DNA of 64,000 bases from an uncultured Bdellovibrionales bacterium (GCA_964597355.1 CAZQWS010000005.1:903-64902), one strand, 5' to 3'. Shown: positions 16,396 to 26,763, counted from the first letter of the stretch. Notes: generated from the letters alone by a model not told the origin. Program-made: numbers and translations.

Positions 16396-17667
16396 ATGGA
16401 AGTATTTGAAATTGAGGGCGGAAAACGCCTTGCTGGTACCATTGCCGTAGCTGGACTAAAGAATGCCGCTACGCCGATTATCGCGGCGACTTTATTGTCA
16501 CGTGAACCATCAATTTTGGAAAACATCCCTCGGATTGAGGATGTGTTTCGCATGCTTGAAATCGTGGAGAGTCTCGGAGCGACCGTAGAATGGGTAGGTG
16601 GGCAGACAGTAAAGATCACCCCGACGGATATTGACCCGAGTCACATGGATCAGGAAAAGGTAAAACGCCTGCGTTCCTCGATTCTCCTCTTGGGGGCACT
16701 CTCTGCCCAATTTGATAATTTTGAACTCTGTCAACCTGGTGGCTGTGTTATCGGTACTCGACCAGTAGAAGCGCACCTTGATGCCTTGATGAAGTTTGGG
16801 GTGAAAGTGGAACAAAAAGAAAAAGGCTATGTGATCGATGCGAGCGAACGACATGCAGCCAAAGTTGTTCTTCGTCAAATGTCAGTAACCGCCACCGAGA
16901 ATGCGATGCTGCTGGCAGCACGCTTGCCAGGTGATACCATGATCAAGATTGCCGCTTGTGAACCGCATGTGGTTGATCTGGGCCGTTTCCTGGAAAAAAT
17001 GGGAGTGGAGATTGATGGACTGGGTACGCATACGCTTACCATTCGTGGGAAGAAAGAGCTGCATGGAGCAACGCATGCGATCATGCCTGACCACAATGAA
17101 GCGGCGACCTACCTTATTTTGGGAGCAGCTACAGAGAGTGAGATTACGGTAGAAAACGCCCGTGAAGATGATCTTGATCTCGTACTAGAAAAACTCCGTG
17201 AGCTTGGTGTCTCGTTCACGATTACCCCTAATGCTATTACTATTCATCCAACCGATCACCTCAATGCCCCATCGCTCTTCATCGACCCACGTCCGTATCC
17301 AGGTATCCCAACTGATATCCAGGCACCCCTTGCTGTGCTTGCAACCCAAGCCGAAGGAGAAACACTTATTTTTGATACGCTTTACGAAGGCCGTTTTAAT
17401 TACGCTGTGGAATTAGAAAAAATGGGAGCAAAGCTTTCTGTGCTCAATCCTCATCAGGTGGTGGTGCATGGCAAGACACTTTTGCGTGGTACGGTGATCA
17501 AAAGTTATGACCTGCGTGCTGGGGCAGCCCTCATCATTGCTGCGCTGACTGCTCAAGGGAAAACAGTGATCGAAGATATCTATCAAGTAGACCGTGGCTA
17601 TGAGCGAATCGAAGAACGACTGCAGAAGATTGGCGCAAATATCAAAAGAGTAGGGCGCGGGGAATAG
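16396..17667 (+). CDS. murA: UDP-N-acetylglucosamine 1-carboxyvinyltransferase
   Basis: 'MEVFEIEGGKRLAGTIAVAGLKNAATPIIAATLL' and EPSP-synthase-like fold motifs ('PGGCVIGTRPV', 'YDLRAGAALIIAAL'). ATG 16396 preferred over TTG 16360. Confidence 0.85.
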   Translation: MEVFEIEGGKRLAGTIAVAGLKNAATPIIAATLLSREPSILENIPRIEDVFRMLEIVESLGATVEWVGGQTVKITPTDIDPSHMDQEKVKRLRSSILLLGALSAQFDNFELCQPGGCVIGTRPVEAHLDALMKFGVKVEQKEKGYVIDASERHAAKVVLRQMSVTATENAMLLAARLPGDTMIKIAACEPHVVDLGRFLEKMGVEIDGLGTHTLTIRGKKELHGATHAIMPDHNEAATYLILGAATESEITVENAREDDLDLVLEKLRELGVSFTITPNAITIHPTDHLNAPSLFIDPRPYPGIPTDIQAPLAVLATQAEGETLIFDTLYEGRFNYAVELEKMGAKLSVLNPHQVVVHGKTLLRGTVIKSYDLRAGAALIIAALTAQGKTVIEDIYQVDRGYERIEERLQKIGANIKRVGRGE

Positions 17668-17687
17668 CTATTTTTTCTGAAGACATT

Positions 17688-18701
17688 ATGAATTGGTTTG
17701 TCCGGAAAATCGGCATTGATTTAGGTACGGCGTATACGCTTGTGTTTGTCCCAGGCGAAGGGGTGGTCATTAATGAACCATCCGTAGTTGCCATTTCTCT
17801 CTTTGAAAACAAGGTACTTGCGGTTGGTAATGAAGCCAAAGAAATGCTCGGCCGTACGCCGGATACGATCGTCGCAAGTCAGCCGCTCCGGGACGGCGCT
17901 ATTGCTGACTATCGGGTGACCGAAGCCATGCTCAAATACTTTATCAATCGAGTTACCGGCCGGGTACGGTTTATCCGCCCTGAAGTAGTGCTTTCGATCC
18001 CAGCCGGAATTACTTCGACCGAGCGACGCGCGGTGGTGGATGCAGCCATGAAAGCGGGGGCCAAGGCGGCATATGTCGTAAAGGAGCCGATCCTCGCTGC
18101 CATCGGAGCCGGAATCCCTATTCATACAGCCCAAGGCAATATGATTATCAATATCGGCGGAGGGACTTCAGAGATCGCGATTATTTCTCTTGGGGGAGTA
18201 GTGGCTTCCCATAGCGCGCGAGTGGGCGGAAACAAAATTGACCAAGCTATTTCGGACTATATCAAACGGAAATACAGTCTGGCGATTGGCGACCGTACAG
18301 CCGAAGAGGTGAAGATGAAAATCGGTTCAGCGATCGCTCAGGTAAAAGAAGAGCACATGGAAGTGCGGGGACGGGATCTCATGGGAGGATTGCCAAAAAC
18401 GATCTCTATTGCTTCTAATGAGGTGACTGAAGCGATCCAGGAGGAGCTCCGTGAAATTATCAATGTAATTAAGCAAGTGCTCCAAGAAACTCCGCCAGAA
18501 CTTGCCGCTGATATCATGGACAAAGGGATGGTGCTCTCCGGTGGGACGGCCCAGCTCAAGTATCTCGACCAGCTTATTGCCAAAACGATTAATGTGCCTT
18601 GTTATGTAGCTGATGATCCTGCTTACTGCGTGGTAAAGGGAACAGGGATCGTTCTAGACAATCTTGATGTGTACAAGCGGAGTCTCATGCTTGGCAAGTA
18701 A
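17688..18701 (+). CDS. mreB: rod shape-determining protein MreB
   Basis: Actin-fold motifs 'IGIDLGTAYTLV', 'VVKEPILAAIGAG', 'IINIGGGTSEIAIIS', 'VLSGGTAQLKYLD'. Confidence 0.9.
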   Translation: MNWFVRKIGIDLGTAYTLVFVPGEGVVINEPSVVAISLFENKVLAVGNEAKEMLGRTPDTIVASQPLRDGAIADYRVTEAMLKYFINRVTGRVRFIRPEVVLSIPAGITSTERRAVVDAAMKAGAKAAYVVKEPILAAIGAGIPIHTAQGNMIINIGGGTSEIAIISLGGVVASHSARVGGNKIDQAISDYIKRKYSLAIGDRTAEEVKMKIGSAIAQVKEEHMEVRGRDLMGGLPKTISIASNEVTEAIQEELREIINVIKQVLQETPPELAADIMDKGMVLSGGTAQLKYLDQLIAKTINVPCYVADDPAYCVVKGTGIVLDNLDVYKRSLMLGK

Positions 18702-18705
18702 TGCT

Positions 18706-19845
18706 ATGAAAATTGGGATTGATGCTTCAAGGGCTTTTTTGAAAAATCGGACAGGTATAGAGGAATATAGTTACCAAGTGATCCGACATCTTCGTGAAAG
18801 TTTTTCCGAGGAAAAGGTCGTCCTCTATGTGAGGAAGAAACTGGTTTGGGAAAGTGGCCGGTTGAAATTAGAACCGCAAAGAATTGATTTTGAGCTCTCA
18901 GCAAATTGGGAAGTAAAGGGACTGTGGGCGCCACGCTTTTGGACCCAAATTCGGCTGTCATGTGAAATGTTACTTCATCCCGTGGATGTATTGTTTGTTC
19001 CAGCGCACACAGTTCCCTGTATTCATCCCAAGCAGACAGTGGTGACGATTCATGGACTCGAATACGAGTTTTCCCCAGAGAGCTATTCTTGGTATGAACG
19101 ATGGTACATGCGTTTCTCGATCCGGAATTCAGTTTGCTGGGCAAAGCGAGTGATTGCAGTTTCAGATAACACGAAGCGAGACCTTATAAGACTGTATCAG
19201 GTTCCAGAAGAAAAAATAACTGTGGTGTATGAAGGAGTAGAAAAGTATCGAGTATCGAGTATCGAGTATCAAGTATTAAATACAAAATACTCTATACCCA
19301 ATACTCCATACTTCTTATTCATTGGGCGGGTAGAAGAACGGAAGAATGTCAGTCGAATTATTGAGGCATTTGATAACTTTAAGCAAAAGACTGGACTGCC
19401 ACATAAACTTATTCTGGCTGGAAAACCTGGCTATGGATATGAGAAAATAAGATACAAGATACAAGAGACAAGGTACAAGGGAGACATTTACGAACTCGGA
19501 TATATAACAGAAAAGAAAAAGTGGGAGCTTCTCAAAAAAGCTGATGTTTTGCTCTTTCCAAGTCTCTATGAGGGCTTTGGTCTGCCGATTCTCGAGGCAC
19601 AACAGGTAGGCACGCCAGTGATTACCTCTACTACTTCATCTCTCCCAGAAATTGCGGGTGAAGGAGCTATTTTAGTTGATCCACTGGATTCTCGGGCTTT
19701 GGCGGAAGCCATGGAAAGGGTAGTTACTAACCCAGAGCTCCGGGCTGGTATAATAGACAAAGCGACCCGGAACGCGGATCGCTTTAGTTGGGCAACATGT
19801 GCCGATGGAGTGGCTCAGCTCTTGAAGAGTTCGTCGCCATCGTAG
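18706..19845 (+). CDS. glycosyltransferase family 4 (GT-B, group 1), contains two heptanucleotide tandem-repeat tracts
   Basis: C-terminal GT4 motifs 'LLFPSLYEGFGLPILEAQQVGTPVI'; (GTATCGA)3-GTATCAA-GTATTAA at 19245-19279 and GATACAA-GATACAA-GAGACAA-GGTACAA at 19451-19478 inside the inter-domain linker. Confidence 0.8.
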   Translation: MKIGIDASRAFLKNRTGIEEYSYQVIRHLRESFSEEKVVLYVRKKLVWESGRLKLEPQRIDFELSANWEVKGLWAPRFWTQIRLSCEMLLHPVDVLFVPAHTVPCIHPKQTVVTIHGLEYEFSPESYSWYERWYMRFSIRNSVCWAKRVIAVSDNTKRDLIRLYQVPEEKITVVYEGVEKYRVSSIEYQVLNTKYSIPNTPYFLFIGRVEERKNVSRIIEAFDNFKQKTGLPHKLILAGKPGYGYEKIRYKIQETRYKGDIYELGYITEKKKWELLKKADVLLFPSLYEGFGLPILEAQQVGTPVITSTTSSLPEIAGEGAILVDPLDSRALAEAMERVVTNPELRAGIIDKATRNADRFSWATCADGVAQLLKSSSPS

Positions 19846-20030
19846 AGGTAGTGATAAAGGAGCGAGTTGGGAAACCCAAGAGCGACGACCATGACCTGAG
19901 TTGTGATCCAGCCAACCAAGTAGATGGACATCCCAATTTCGAAAGCTGTAGGCATTCTCAGTCCTTAAAGTTGCACAGGTCCGTTATTACGGACATTGAA
20001 ATATGACATTAAGCTATTGCAAAGTCAAGT

Positions 20031-21161
20031 ATGGAAGAACTTGAAAACAATAAGATCGTTCAGTCATTTAACAATAAAAAGATAGCCTTAGCTCACGATT
20101 TTTTGGTTACGTGGGGTGGGGCCGAACGGGTATTCAAAGTGATGACGGATATATATCCTGAGGCGCCGATTTATACATTGTTTTATGATGAGGTTTTGGT
20201 CCGAGAGCGCTTTCCAGGCAGGGAAATCCGTACTTCGTTCTTGCAGAAACTTCCCAAATGGCTTCGCCAGTCACCACTCCTTATGCCACTCTATCCAGTG
20301 GCTATAGAAACACTGGATTTGCGTGACTTTGATACCGTGCTTTCATCGTCAGGAGCCTGGATGAAGGGACTGGTCACACGGCTTCATACTCGTCACATTG
20401 CTTACCTTCATTCACCGATGCGATTCGCATGGGATACCTTTCATGAACACCCAGGTATTACTTCAGGCGTCAAGTTTTTCAAGCGACTTCTCATAAGTTA
20501 TCTTCGCCTTTGGGACAAGGAAGCAGCCGATCGACCAGATATACTTCTTGTGAATTCTGAATACACGAAAAGACGGGTGGCCAAATATTATCGTCGAGAT
20601 AGCCAGGTGGTCTACCCGCCCCTTACTCTGAAAGTGGAACAGAGAGAATCTGCTATGCCAAAAAATGAACGACCATTTCTTGTTGTGGCCCGGCTTACCG
20701 CCTCTAAACATGTTGACATTGTCGTTGAGGCATTTAATAAATTAGGGCTCCCTCTCAAAATTATTGGGACTGGCAGGGAGAATAAGTCTTTACGTTCTTT
20801 GGCAGGCAGTCAGATTACCTTTCTTGGTGTGCTGAGCGATGAAGCTTTGCGGCAAGAGTATGCTGTTGCTCGAGCCCTGATCCAGCCGAGTGAGGAGGAT
20901 TTCGGACTTGTAGCGCTTGAAGCATTGGCTTTTGGCGTGCCAGTCATTGCTTATAAAGAGGGAGCGGCGAGAGAGATCGTCACTCCAGGAGAAACGGGGG
21001 AACTGTTTGACGACCTTGTACCTGAGTCAGTGGCTGATGGTGTGCGTCGCTTTGTGGTTCACGAAGAGCAGTATCGTTTTGCTCCGGAACATCTTGAGGG
21101 ATTCTCGCGAGACGCCTTCGCAGCGAATGTGAGAAAAACTGTTGACTCGCTTGATGCATAA
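20031..21161 (+). CDS. glycosyltransferase family 4
   Basis: 'IALAHDFLVTWGGAERV' N-terminus, 'EEDFGLVALEALAFGVPVIA' EX7E motif. Confidence 0.8.
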   Translation: MEELENNKIVQSFNNKKIALAHDFLVTWGGAERVFKVMTDIYPEAPIYTLFYDEVLVRERFPGREIRTSFLQKLPKWLRQSPLLMPLYPVAIETLDLRDFDTVLSSSGAWMKGLVTRLHTRHIAYLHSPMRFAWDTFHEHPGITSGVKFFKRLLISYLRLWDKEAADRPDILLVNSEYTKRRVAKYYRRDSQVVYPPLTLKVEQRESAMPKNERPFLVVARLTASKHVDIVVEAFNKLGLPLKIIGTGRENKSLRSLAGSQITFLGVLSDEALRQEYAVARALIQPSEEDFGLVALEALAFGVPVIAYKEGAAREIVTPGETGELFDDLVPESVADGVRRFVVHEEQYRFAPEHLEGFSRDAFAANVRKTVDSLDA

Positions 21162-21164
21162 CTT

Positions 21165-22034
21165 ATGCAGACATGCATTGGCCACGAAATACTCCAAAGT
21201 GAACTCGAGCGTTTAGCCGGTCTTCCGGAGATGCCTCAGAGTTTTCTCTTTTGTGGGCCACGTCATGTGGGGAAACGATTCATGGCTGAATGGTTTGCTC
21301 AAAGACTGATCGATGCCGATCACCCCGGTGACTTTTCGCAGAATTTGTTGATTGTGGAACCGAACGAGGCTGTTTCGGCCAAACGAACACGTGAACAACT
21401 CATCCCTGTTGATACTATCCGTGAAGCGCAGAAGTTCCTTTCTTTGTCGCCAGTGGCAGGTAAGTGCCGAGTACTTATCGTTGACGGAGCAGAAAAATTG
21501 AGTACCGGGGCAGCTAATGCACTACTTAAGATTTTGGAGGAGCCACCGGAGAAGAGTTTACTTATCCTTATTACGGCTGAACCAGGGAGTCTCTTGCCGA
21601 CTATTCTTTCACGACTGGTCAGTATGCATTTCCATCCTGTCTCTAGCAAGGTAGTACAGAAGTATGTCGTTGGGGCCCAAGATCTCCCACAGTTTTTCTT
21701 TGACCTTGGGCTGCCAGGAGTGGTGGTGGAGGCAGTCCGTTCGCCTGAACAATTTTCGGTAAAAAAAGAAATGCTTCGTAGTCTGTTCCAACTATCAAAA
21801 CTTTCACTATATGACCGGATGACACTGGCTGAAACGCTTGCCAAAGACGAGAGGGTTGCCCGTGATCTTTTGGAAATTTGGTGCATCGGTCTCGTATTTC
21901 AGGCGCGGAGAAGGTCCGGAGGTGTATCAACACACTATATGTTCCTTGAACAGGTGCTTGCAACACTGAGAGCACTTTATCGAGGAGAGGGGTCACTTCG
22001 GTCACTTCTCGAAAAGCTTTTCTTTTGTCTCTAA
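21165..22034 (+). CDS. holB: DNA polymerase III delta-prime subunit-like AAA+ clamp-loader protein
   Basis: 'FLFCGPRHVGKRF' P-loop-like, 'LIVDGAEKLSTGAANALLKILEEPPEKSLLILIT' (SRC/sensor region). Confidence 0.75.
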   Translation: MQTCIGHEILQSELERLAGLPEMPQSFLFCGPRHVGKRFMAEWFAQRLIDADHPGDFSQNLLIVEPNEAVSAKRTREQLIPVDTIREAQKFLSLSPVAGKCRVLIVDGAEKLSTGAANALLKILEEPPEKSLLILITAEPGSLLPTILSRLVSMHFHPVSSKVVQKYVVGAQDLPQFFFDLGLPGVVVEAVRSPEQFSVKKEMLRSLFQLSKLSLYDRMTLAETLAKDERVARDLLEIWCIGLVFQARRRSGGVSTHYMFLEQVLATLRALYRGEGSLRSLLEKLFFCL

Positions 22035-22037
22035 CGT

Positions 22038-23021
22038 ATGGCCCACTCCTCTCATCGACAGCAACTCTTTCGTGAAGCACTTTCACGTGAGTCAGCCAAA
22101 CAAAAAAAGAATGTTGACCGAGGAGAGAGATTTCGTTCGAAGTTTCCGTACGGAGTGCTTGTACTATGGATCGCTTTTTTTGGAATACTAGGTTACATCC
22201 TCCTCTTTAGTCCCTTCCTCGTGCTTTCGCAGATAACAGTGATATCGTCTGGTCGTGTCGGTGCCGAGGAAGTACAGTCGGTCATTAACCCGTTACTTGA
22301 TACGAAGCGCTGGTTTGTTTTTCCAGCAAGAAACTTTTTCGTCGTTCCAAAAACAAAAATAACTGAGAGTCTGCTTACGGAATATCCATTACTTGAGTCG
22401 GTCAGAGTGGAACGTACTTTTCCAAACGCACTGGAAGTTATCACTACGGAACGATCAAAACTTCTCCTCTGGTGTTCAGGTGGCCCATGCGCCATGCTCG
22501 ATGCTGACGAGCGAGCAAGGGTACACGAAAAGAGTTTTCAGTCTCGTTACGATGAGTTGCGCCTGAGCGTGGTAGATACGAGTGCTCTTCCGTTTGACAT
22601 CGGGGCGATCCTTCCTGTGAGAGAGTACCTCACATATTTTTCTCTTCTTCAGGGACGTTTCCCTGAGGCAGCGGGTATTGATCTCTCACTTCAGGCTACG
22701 ACCCCATCACGTTTTTCACGCGAACTTCGGGTAACGACAAGTGAAGGATGGTTCCTTTTGGTCAATATTGATATTCCTTTCGAGGAAACTATCTCAAGCC
22801 TCCAGGCCTTTTTTGAAGAACGGCGATCCCAGGTATCTCGGCCGGCTTTGATAAGCATAGATGCTCGAGTCCCTGGAAGAATATTTTTTACAGAGGTAAA
22901 CAGTGGGGAGAGTGAAAATGATAAAGCGGTCTTGAGTGACACAGAGGTCTTGGACGAAACAAAGAAACAAGAGTTGCTCAAAGAGAATACAAAAGACACA
23001 AAGAAAAAGAAAGAGCGGTAA
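22038..23021 (+). CDS. ftsQ: cell division protein FtsQ/DivIB-like (N-terminal TM + POTRA), Lys-rich tail
   Basis: TM 'VLVLWIAFFGILGYILLFSPF' then POTRA-like 'ITVISSGRVGAEEVQSVINPLLDTKRWFVFPARNFF...YPLLESVRVERTFPNALEVITTER'. Confidence 0.55.
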   Translation: MAHSSHRQQLFREALSRESAKQKKNVDRGERFRSKFPYGVLVLWIAFFGILGYILLFSPFLVLSQITVISSGRVGAEEVQSVINPLLDTKRWFVFPARNFFVVPKTKITESLLTEYPLLESVRVERTFPNALEVITTERSKLLLWCSGGPCAMLDADERARVHEKSFQSRYDELRLSVVDTSALPFDIGAILPVREYLTYFSLLQGRFPEAAGIDLSLQATTPSRFSRELRVTTSEGWFLLVNIDIPFEETISSLQAFFEERRSQVSRPALISIDARVPGRIFFTEVNSGESENDKAVLSDTEVLDETKKQELLKENTKDTKKKKER

Positions 23022-23065
23022 GCCATTTCTTTTTATCTTGCCCAACCTGGTCCAGGAGAGATAGC

Positions 23066-25003
23066 TTATGGTCGGTAGAAGACGAAGATGGAGTCTCCTA
23101 TACGAGCGACAGGAATCTGATCACGGAGCCACTCGTATGTCTGGTCTTCTGAGTTATGGGTCTTGTACAAATTCTCCATGAGGAAGCCAATAGAGATAGC
23201 GTACCAGCCAGATTCAGGAGCTCGATGTGAGTGCCAAGGGATATACTTGTCACCCAAGTGATAGCGCGGGTTGGATCCGCCAAAGTAGTCGACGCGGATG
23301 TACTCGATAGAGGAGTGGGGAACATTCATTTGAGAGAATTGAGTGCAGTCAGACGAACTGAATGAGATTTCAATACATTGGTTGTACTGGTTGACGAATC
23401 CACCCAGGCGTTTCAGGTCCTGGCCCCAATCATAGTTGGAGTCAGTAACGTAGAGATAGCCATCTCGATGACCTCCACCAATAGGGTTGAAATAGGAGAG
23501 ATAACTTGGGAATGAGAGTGCGGGAATGGCAATAATAGCAAAGACAAAGATTCCTATCATTGTAGAGAGAAGATTTTTCGTGAGAACCTCTTCCTGGACG
23601 CGATTGAGGATATCAAAGACGACTTTGGCCACCAAAACATAGATGAAGGGGAGGATAGGGAAGAGGTGTCGGAAGCCAATGTTGAGGTTGCCGGTGATAC
23701 TGACGTAGCTGTAGAAAAGAATGAAGAAAATCATCATCACTTGAGTAATTCGATCCCGCAAGAGCTCCGTGAGGAGACCTGACCATTCACGTATTTTGAC
23801 GCTAAATAGGTTCTTTATGCAGCGGAAAAACGTGTAACTGCTCGTGATAACAATAAGAAAGAGCATGGGCAAAGTTTCTTTGAGAAGGAAAACCACTGGG
23901 AAATACCAAACACTTGCCTGGTTGGAAACAGTTCCGAGGAAGTAGTAGGTATTCCCTCCGGCCACACGGGCAAACACCATGAACAGCCCGAGGAAGTATT
24001 CGGCGAGCGGTTTTAAGACGGGATTGTTACTTATGAAGATGACTGCTGCTTCCGCTATTCTCCCGACGGCGCGATCATTCGGGAATTGGGCGCGAGCAAT
24101 CTCAGCGATCACTTCACCGGGCATATGCCAAGTGTTGGGGACATAAAGTATCCAAATGACGATAAAGCAGATGAACACACTCACACCATATTTCCACCCG
24201 TAAAGGAACGCATTTTTGAGACGAACCTTCCATGCTCCTGGTACCTGGTCTACAGCAACGACTAGGCCATAAAGAACAGCAAACATTCCAAAAATCGGGA
24301 AAAGAAGAACAGCTGAGAATTTGGCGAGTTGAGCTAATCCAAGAAATACACCACTTATCACCACGTTCTTCCAAGTAGGGGCTTTGAGGAAGCGGACGAA
24401 GTAGTAAAACGAGATAAAGATAAAAGCAGCGATACCAATATCGGTTGTAACGTAATGGCTATGAGCGATAATGTGAGGGTTGGCAAAGTAGAGGAGGGCT
24501 CCAAAGAGACCAGCAACAGTGCCGGCTAATTCGCGGGTCCAGCGGAAGACAAAGAAACCAAGCAACAGCGAAACAAAGATCATTGGAAAGCGTGCCCAAA
24601 AGGTAATGCTATTGGCATTATTACCGTTTTCATGCAGAATCTTGTCGCCAAAAGCCCATTGGGCGAGCCCCCAAGTGCGAGCTGGTCCCTCGGGGAACTT
24701 GCCTGGTGTAAGGTAATCGCCACTTTCCCATAGAGGATCAGTCTTCGGCATGATGGGGGCAGGATGTAAAAAGAGAAGTGGCAAACCAGCGAGGTCTTTG
24801 AGGAGTGGCGGGTGTTCGGGGTTAATACGCATATCCTGATATTTCACGTAACTGTAACCGGCAGGGATATGAGCCTTTTCGTCCATAGTGGTCGATTCCG
24901 TGTGTGACACGAAGAGTGAAACTACGAGAAATGTGACCATCATGAGACCAAGTAACTGTGGAGCGAGACGCTTCAGGTTGTCCATATTATTGAGTGAAAA
25001 CAA
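23066..25003 (-). CDS. GT-C fold membrane glycosyltransferase (PMT/ArnT family, GT39/83-like), 645 aa
   Basis: Multiple TM helices; N-terminal loop 'DEKAHIPAGYSYV...NPEHPPLLKDLAGLPL' resembling the DE..Y / PPL motif of phospholipid-carrier dependent glycosyltransferases. Confidence 0.65.
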   Translation of the reverse strand: MFSLNNMDNLKRLAPQLLGLMMVTFLVVSLFVSHTESTTMDEKAHIPAGYSYVKYQDMRINPEHPPLLKDLAGLPLLFLHPAPIMPKTDPLWESGDYLTPGKFPEGPARTWGLAQWAFGDKILHENGNNANSITFWARFPMIFVSLLLGFFVFRWTRELAGTVAGLFGALLYFANPHIIAHSHYVTTDIGIAAFIFISFYYFVRFLKAPTWKNVVISGVFLGLAQLAKFSAVLLFPIFGMFAVLYGLVVAVDQVPGAWKVRLKNAFLYGWKYGVSVFICFIVIWILYVPNTWHMPGEVIAEIARAQFPNDRAVGRIAEAAVIFISNNPVLKPLAEYFLGLFMVFARVAGGNTYYFLGTVSNQASVWYFPVVFLLKETLPMLFLIVITSSYTFFRCIKNLFSVKIREWSGLLTELLRDRITQVMMIFFILFYSYVSITGNLNIGFRHLFPILPFIYVLVAKVVFDILNRVQEEVLTKNLLSTMIGIFVFAIIAIPALSFPSYLSYFNPIGGGHRDGYLYVTDSNYDWGQDLKRLGGFVNQYNQCIEISFSSSDCTQFSQMNVPHSSIEYIRVDYFGGSNPRYHLGDKYIPWHSHRAPESGWYAISIGFLMENLYKTHNSEDQTYEWLRDQIPVARIGDSIFVFYRP

Positions 25004-25137
25004 ATTATGTTTCTTTTAGAATCTGATGAATCTTATTGACCTTCTCTTCCATAAAGAGCGTAATCCTGGTGGGTGGGTGGCGAATTATGTTCAGTAGAGA
25101 GTGTGTTTGCGATTCCTATTAGTCTCACGGTTTGATT

Positions 25138-26763
25138 TTACGGTAAACGAATTATTGTAAAATCACTGTTTGTCCTTGGGTAGAGATCAATTTTTTCCCG
25201 TTTTGCTCCCGGGATTTTTGTTTCAATCTTGTTTAGGAGGGTTTCATCGTGGTTCATAAGGATGACAATGTTTTTCTGGCCGAGTCTGAGAAGAGTCTCT
25301 GGCTCTATAAAGACAATATTGGCTACTTTGCCATGAGTAAGGAAGACAATCGGTTGAGCAGAAACAGGCAATCCATTGTCGAGCATACGGCCACCGCCGT
25401 TTGGAACGATATATTTGATGGTTTCCGGAGGAAGTGTTGCGACATACTCTGCTATGTTACGGAAGTTTTTATTGAAGGCGCCGTGTTGTTCCGGACTCTC
25501 GGCAAAGAAAACAAAGTACTTGGTGAGATTGATGGTGGCTCCTAAGAAAAGGCTAAAGAAAATGAGTGAGTAGAGTGCTAGGCGAGTCCCGAGGAAAACA
25601 CTCTTGGCATGCTTCATAAAGAGAGAGATTGCTAGGGTAGCCATGAGGAAGACGGGAGTCTGGGTGCCGATAGCTCGCAGAGCATGGGGCAGTCCTTCTT
25701 CGGTAAGAAATTCTGGCATGAGCATGGCAAAGAAGAAAGCGAGAAGAAAGGCAGCCCGCGCGAGAGCGGGGTCACGAATTTTTTCTCGGAAACGTCGACC
25801 GATGAGTCGAACAAAATCATAGATGAGATAAGTAAATCCAGCTAGGAAGAAAATACCAGTAAAGGGATCAAGGATTGGGTAGGGCGGATAATTATGACGC
25901 CAGTTCTGATCACCCCAGAAGTTGTACTTCACGAGTGAGAGGCCGAGCGTTTTTCCAAACGTACCCCAGAAGTCGCCTTTGTTTATTTCTGGTGAAAAGA
26001 TAGAAACTGCTCCAGTCCGGGAATTGAGCTCTTCGGGATGAGTCACAAAATGAAATACGAGTGGCGCGGCCGTGAGGAAGGCGCCAAGAATAAAGATAAG
26101 ACCATGCTTCCAGAAACGTTTAAGGAAATTTTCGTACGAAAGGATGAGAAAAGGAAGAATGGCGATGAGAATAAGTGGAGCGAGTCGATAGGCTACGTAG
26201 GTATGAAGCCCAAGGCCAAAAATAAGTCCAGCGAGGAAAAAGGTACGCAGGCGCTCGGTGCGAAGACCCTTGAAGAAGAAATAGAAGGCAAAGGATAGGA
26301 GAAAGGTCACCATAATGGCTCGAAAGCCAATACGGGAGAAATTGATGGCCCAATAGGAGGTAGCGATGAGGAAAGCAGCGATAAGGCCAGCCGACCGGCG
26401 TTGGAACAACTCTTTTGCTAGGAGGTAGACACCGAGGACGGCGAGCGTACCAAAGACAGTGGACCAGAATTTGAGTACAGGAACAGTGTTGCCAAAGTAC
26501 TTGACGGCGAGAGCTTGCAGGTTGATGAAGAGCCCCTCGCGACCGTAATTATTTGAATAGAAGAGTTTGTAATCGCCAGTTTCGATCGCAGTGAGAGCGT
26601 CGGTACCATTGGTAGCTTCATCAGGGTACAAGCCACTAGGGATGTTATCGATTTGGTAGACACGAACGAAGAGTGCGATCGCAAGAATAGTAAAAAGGAG
26701 CAGAACACTCAGCATCCTCCGAAAAGAATAGTCCGGTTTCTCGGGCCGTAGGTAAGGTGACAT
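25138..26763 (-). CDS. GT-C fold membrane glycosyltransferase (ArnT/PMT family), 541 aa
   Basis: 'YPDEATNGTDA...GREGLFINLQALAVKYFG' first extracytoplasmic loop DE motif; ~12 TM helices. Confidence 0.65.
   Translation of the reverse strand: MSPYLRPEKPDYSFRRMLSVLLLFTILAIALFVRVYQIDNIPSGLYPDEATNGTDALTAIETGDYKLFYSNNYGREGLFINLQALAVKYFGNTVPVLKFWSTVFGTLAVLGVYLLAKELFQRRSAGLIAAFLIATSYWAINFSRIGFRAIMVTFLLSFAFYFFFKGLRTERLRTFFLAGLIFGLGLHTYVAYRLAPLILIAILPFLILSYENFLKRFWKHGLIFILGAFLTAAPLVFHFVTHPEELNSRTGAVSIFSPEINKGDFWGTFGKTLGLSLVKYNFWGDQNWRHNYPPYPILDPFTGIFFLAGFTYLIYDFVRLIGRRFREKIRDPALARAAFLLAFFFAMLMPEFLTEEGLPHALRAIGTQTPVFLMATLAISLFMKHAKSVFLGTRLALYSLIFFSLFLGATINLTKYFVFFAESPEQHGAFNKNFRNIAEYVATLPPETIKYIVPNGGGRMLDNGLPVSAQPIVFLTHGKVANIVFIEPETLLRLGQKNIVILMNHDETLLNKIETKIPGAKREKIDLYPRTNSDFTIIRLP

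Noticed and set aside
15822-16619. 265-aa minus-strand ORF across the RT 3' end, the intergenic region and the murA 5' end
   Set aside because: It overlaps two well-supported plus-strand genes and a terminator and has no motif.
19245-19478. Possible CRISPR-like short repeats
   Set aside because: The units are 7 bp, contiguous and inside a CDS, with no spacers. They are microsatellites, not CRISPR. No CRISPR array was seen anywhere in the window.
19788-20006. 72-aa plus ORF and a 38-aa hydrophobic minus ORF between the two GT4 genes
   Set aside because: They have no SD and overlap the GT4 3' end. They were considered as a bacteriocin-like peptide but have no supporting context.
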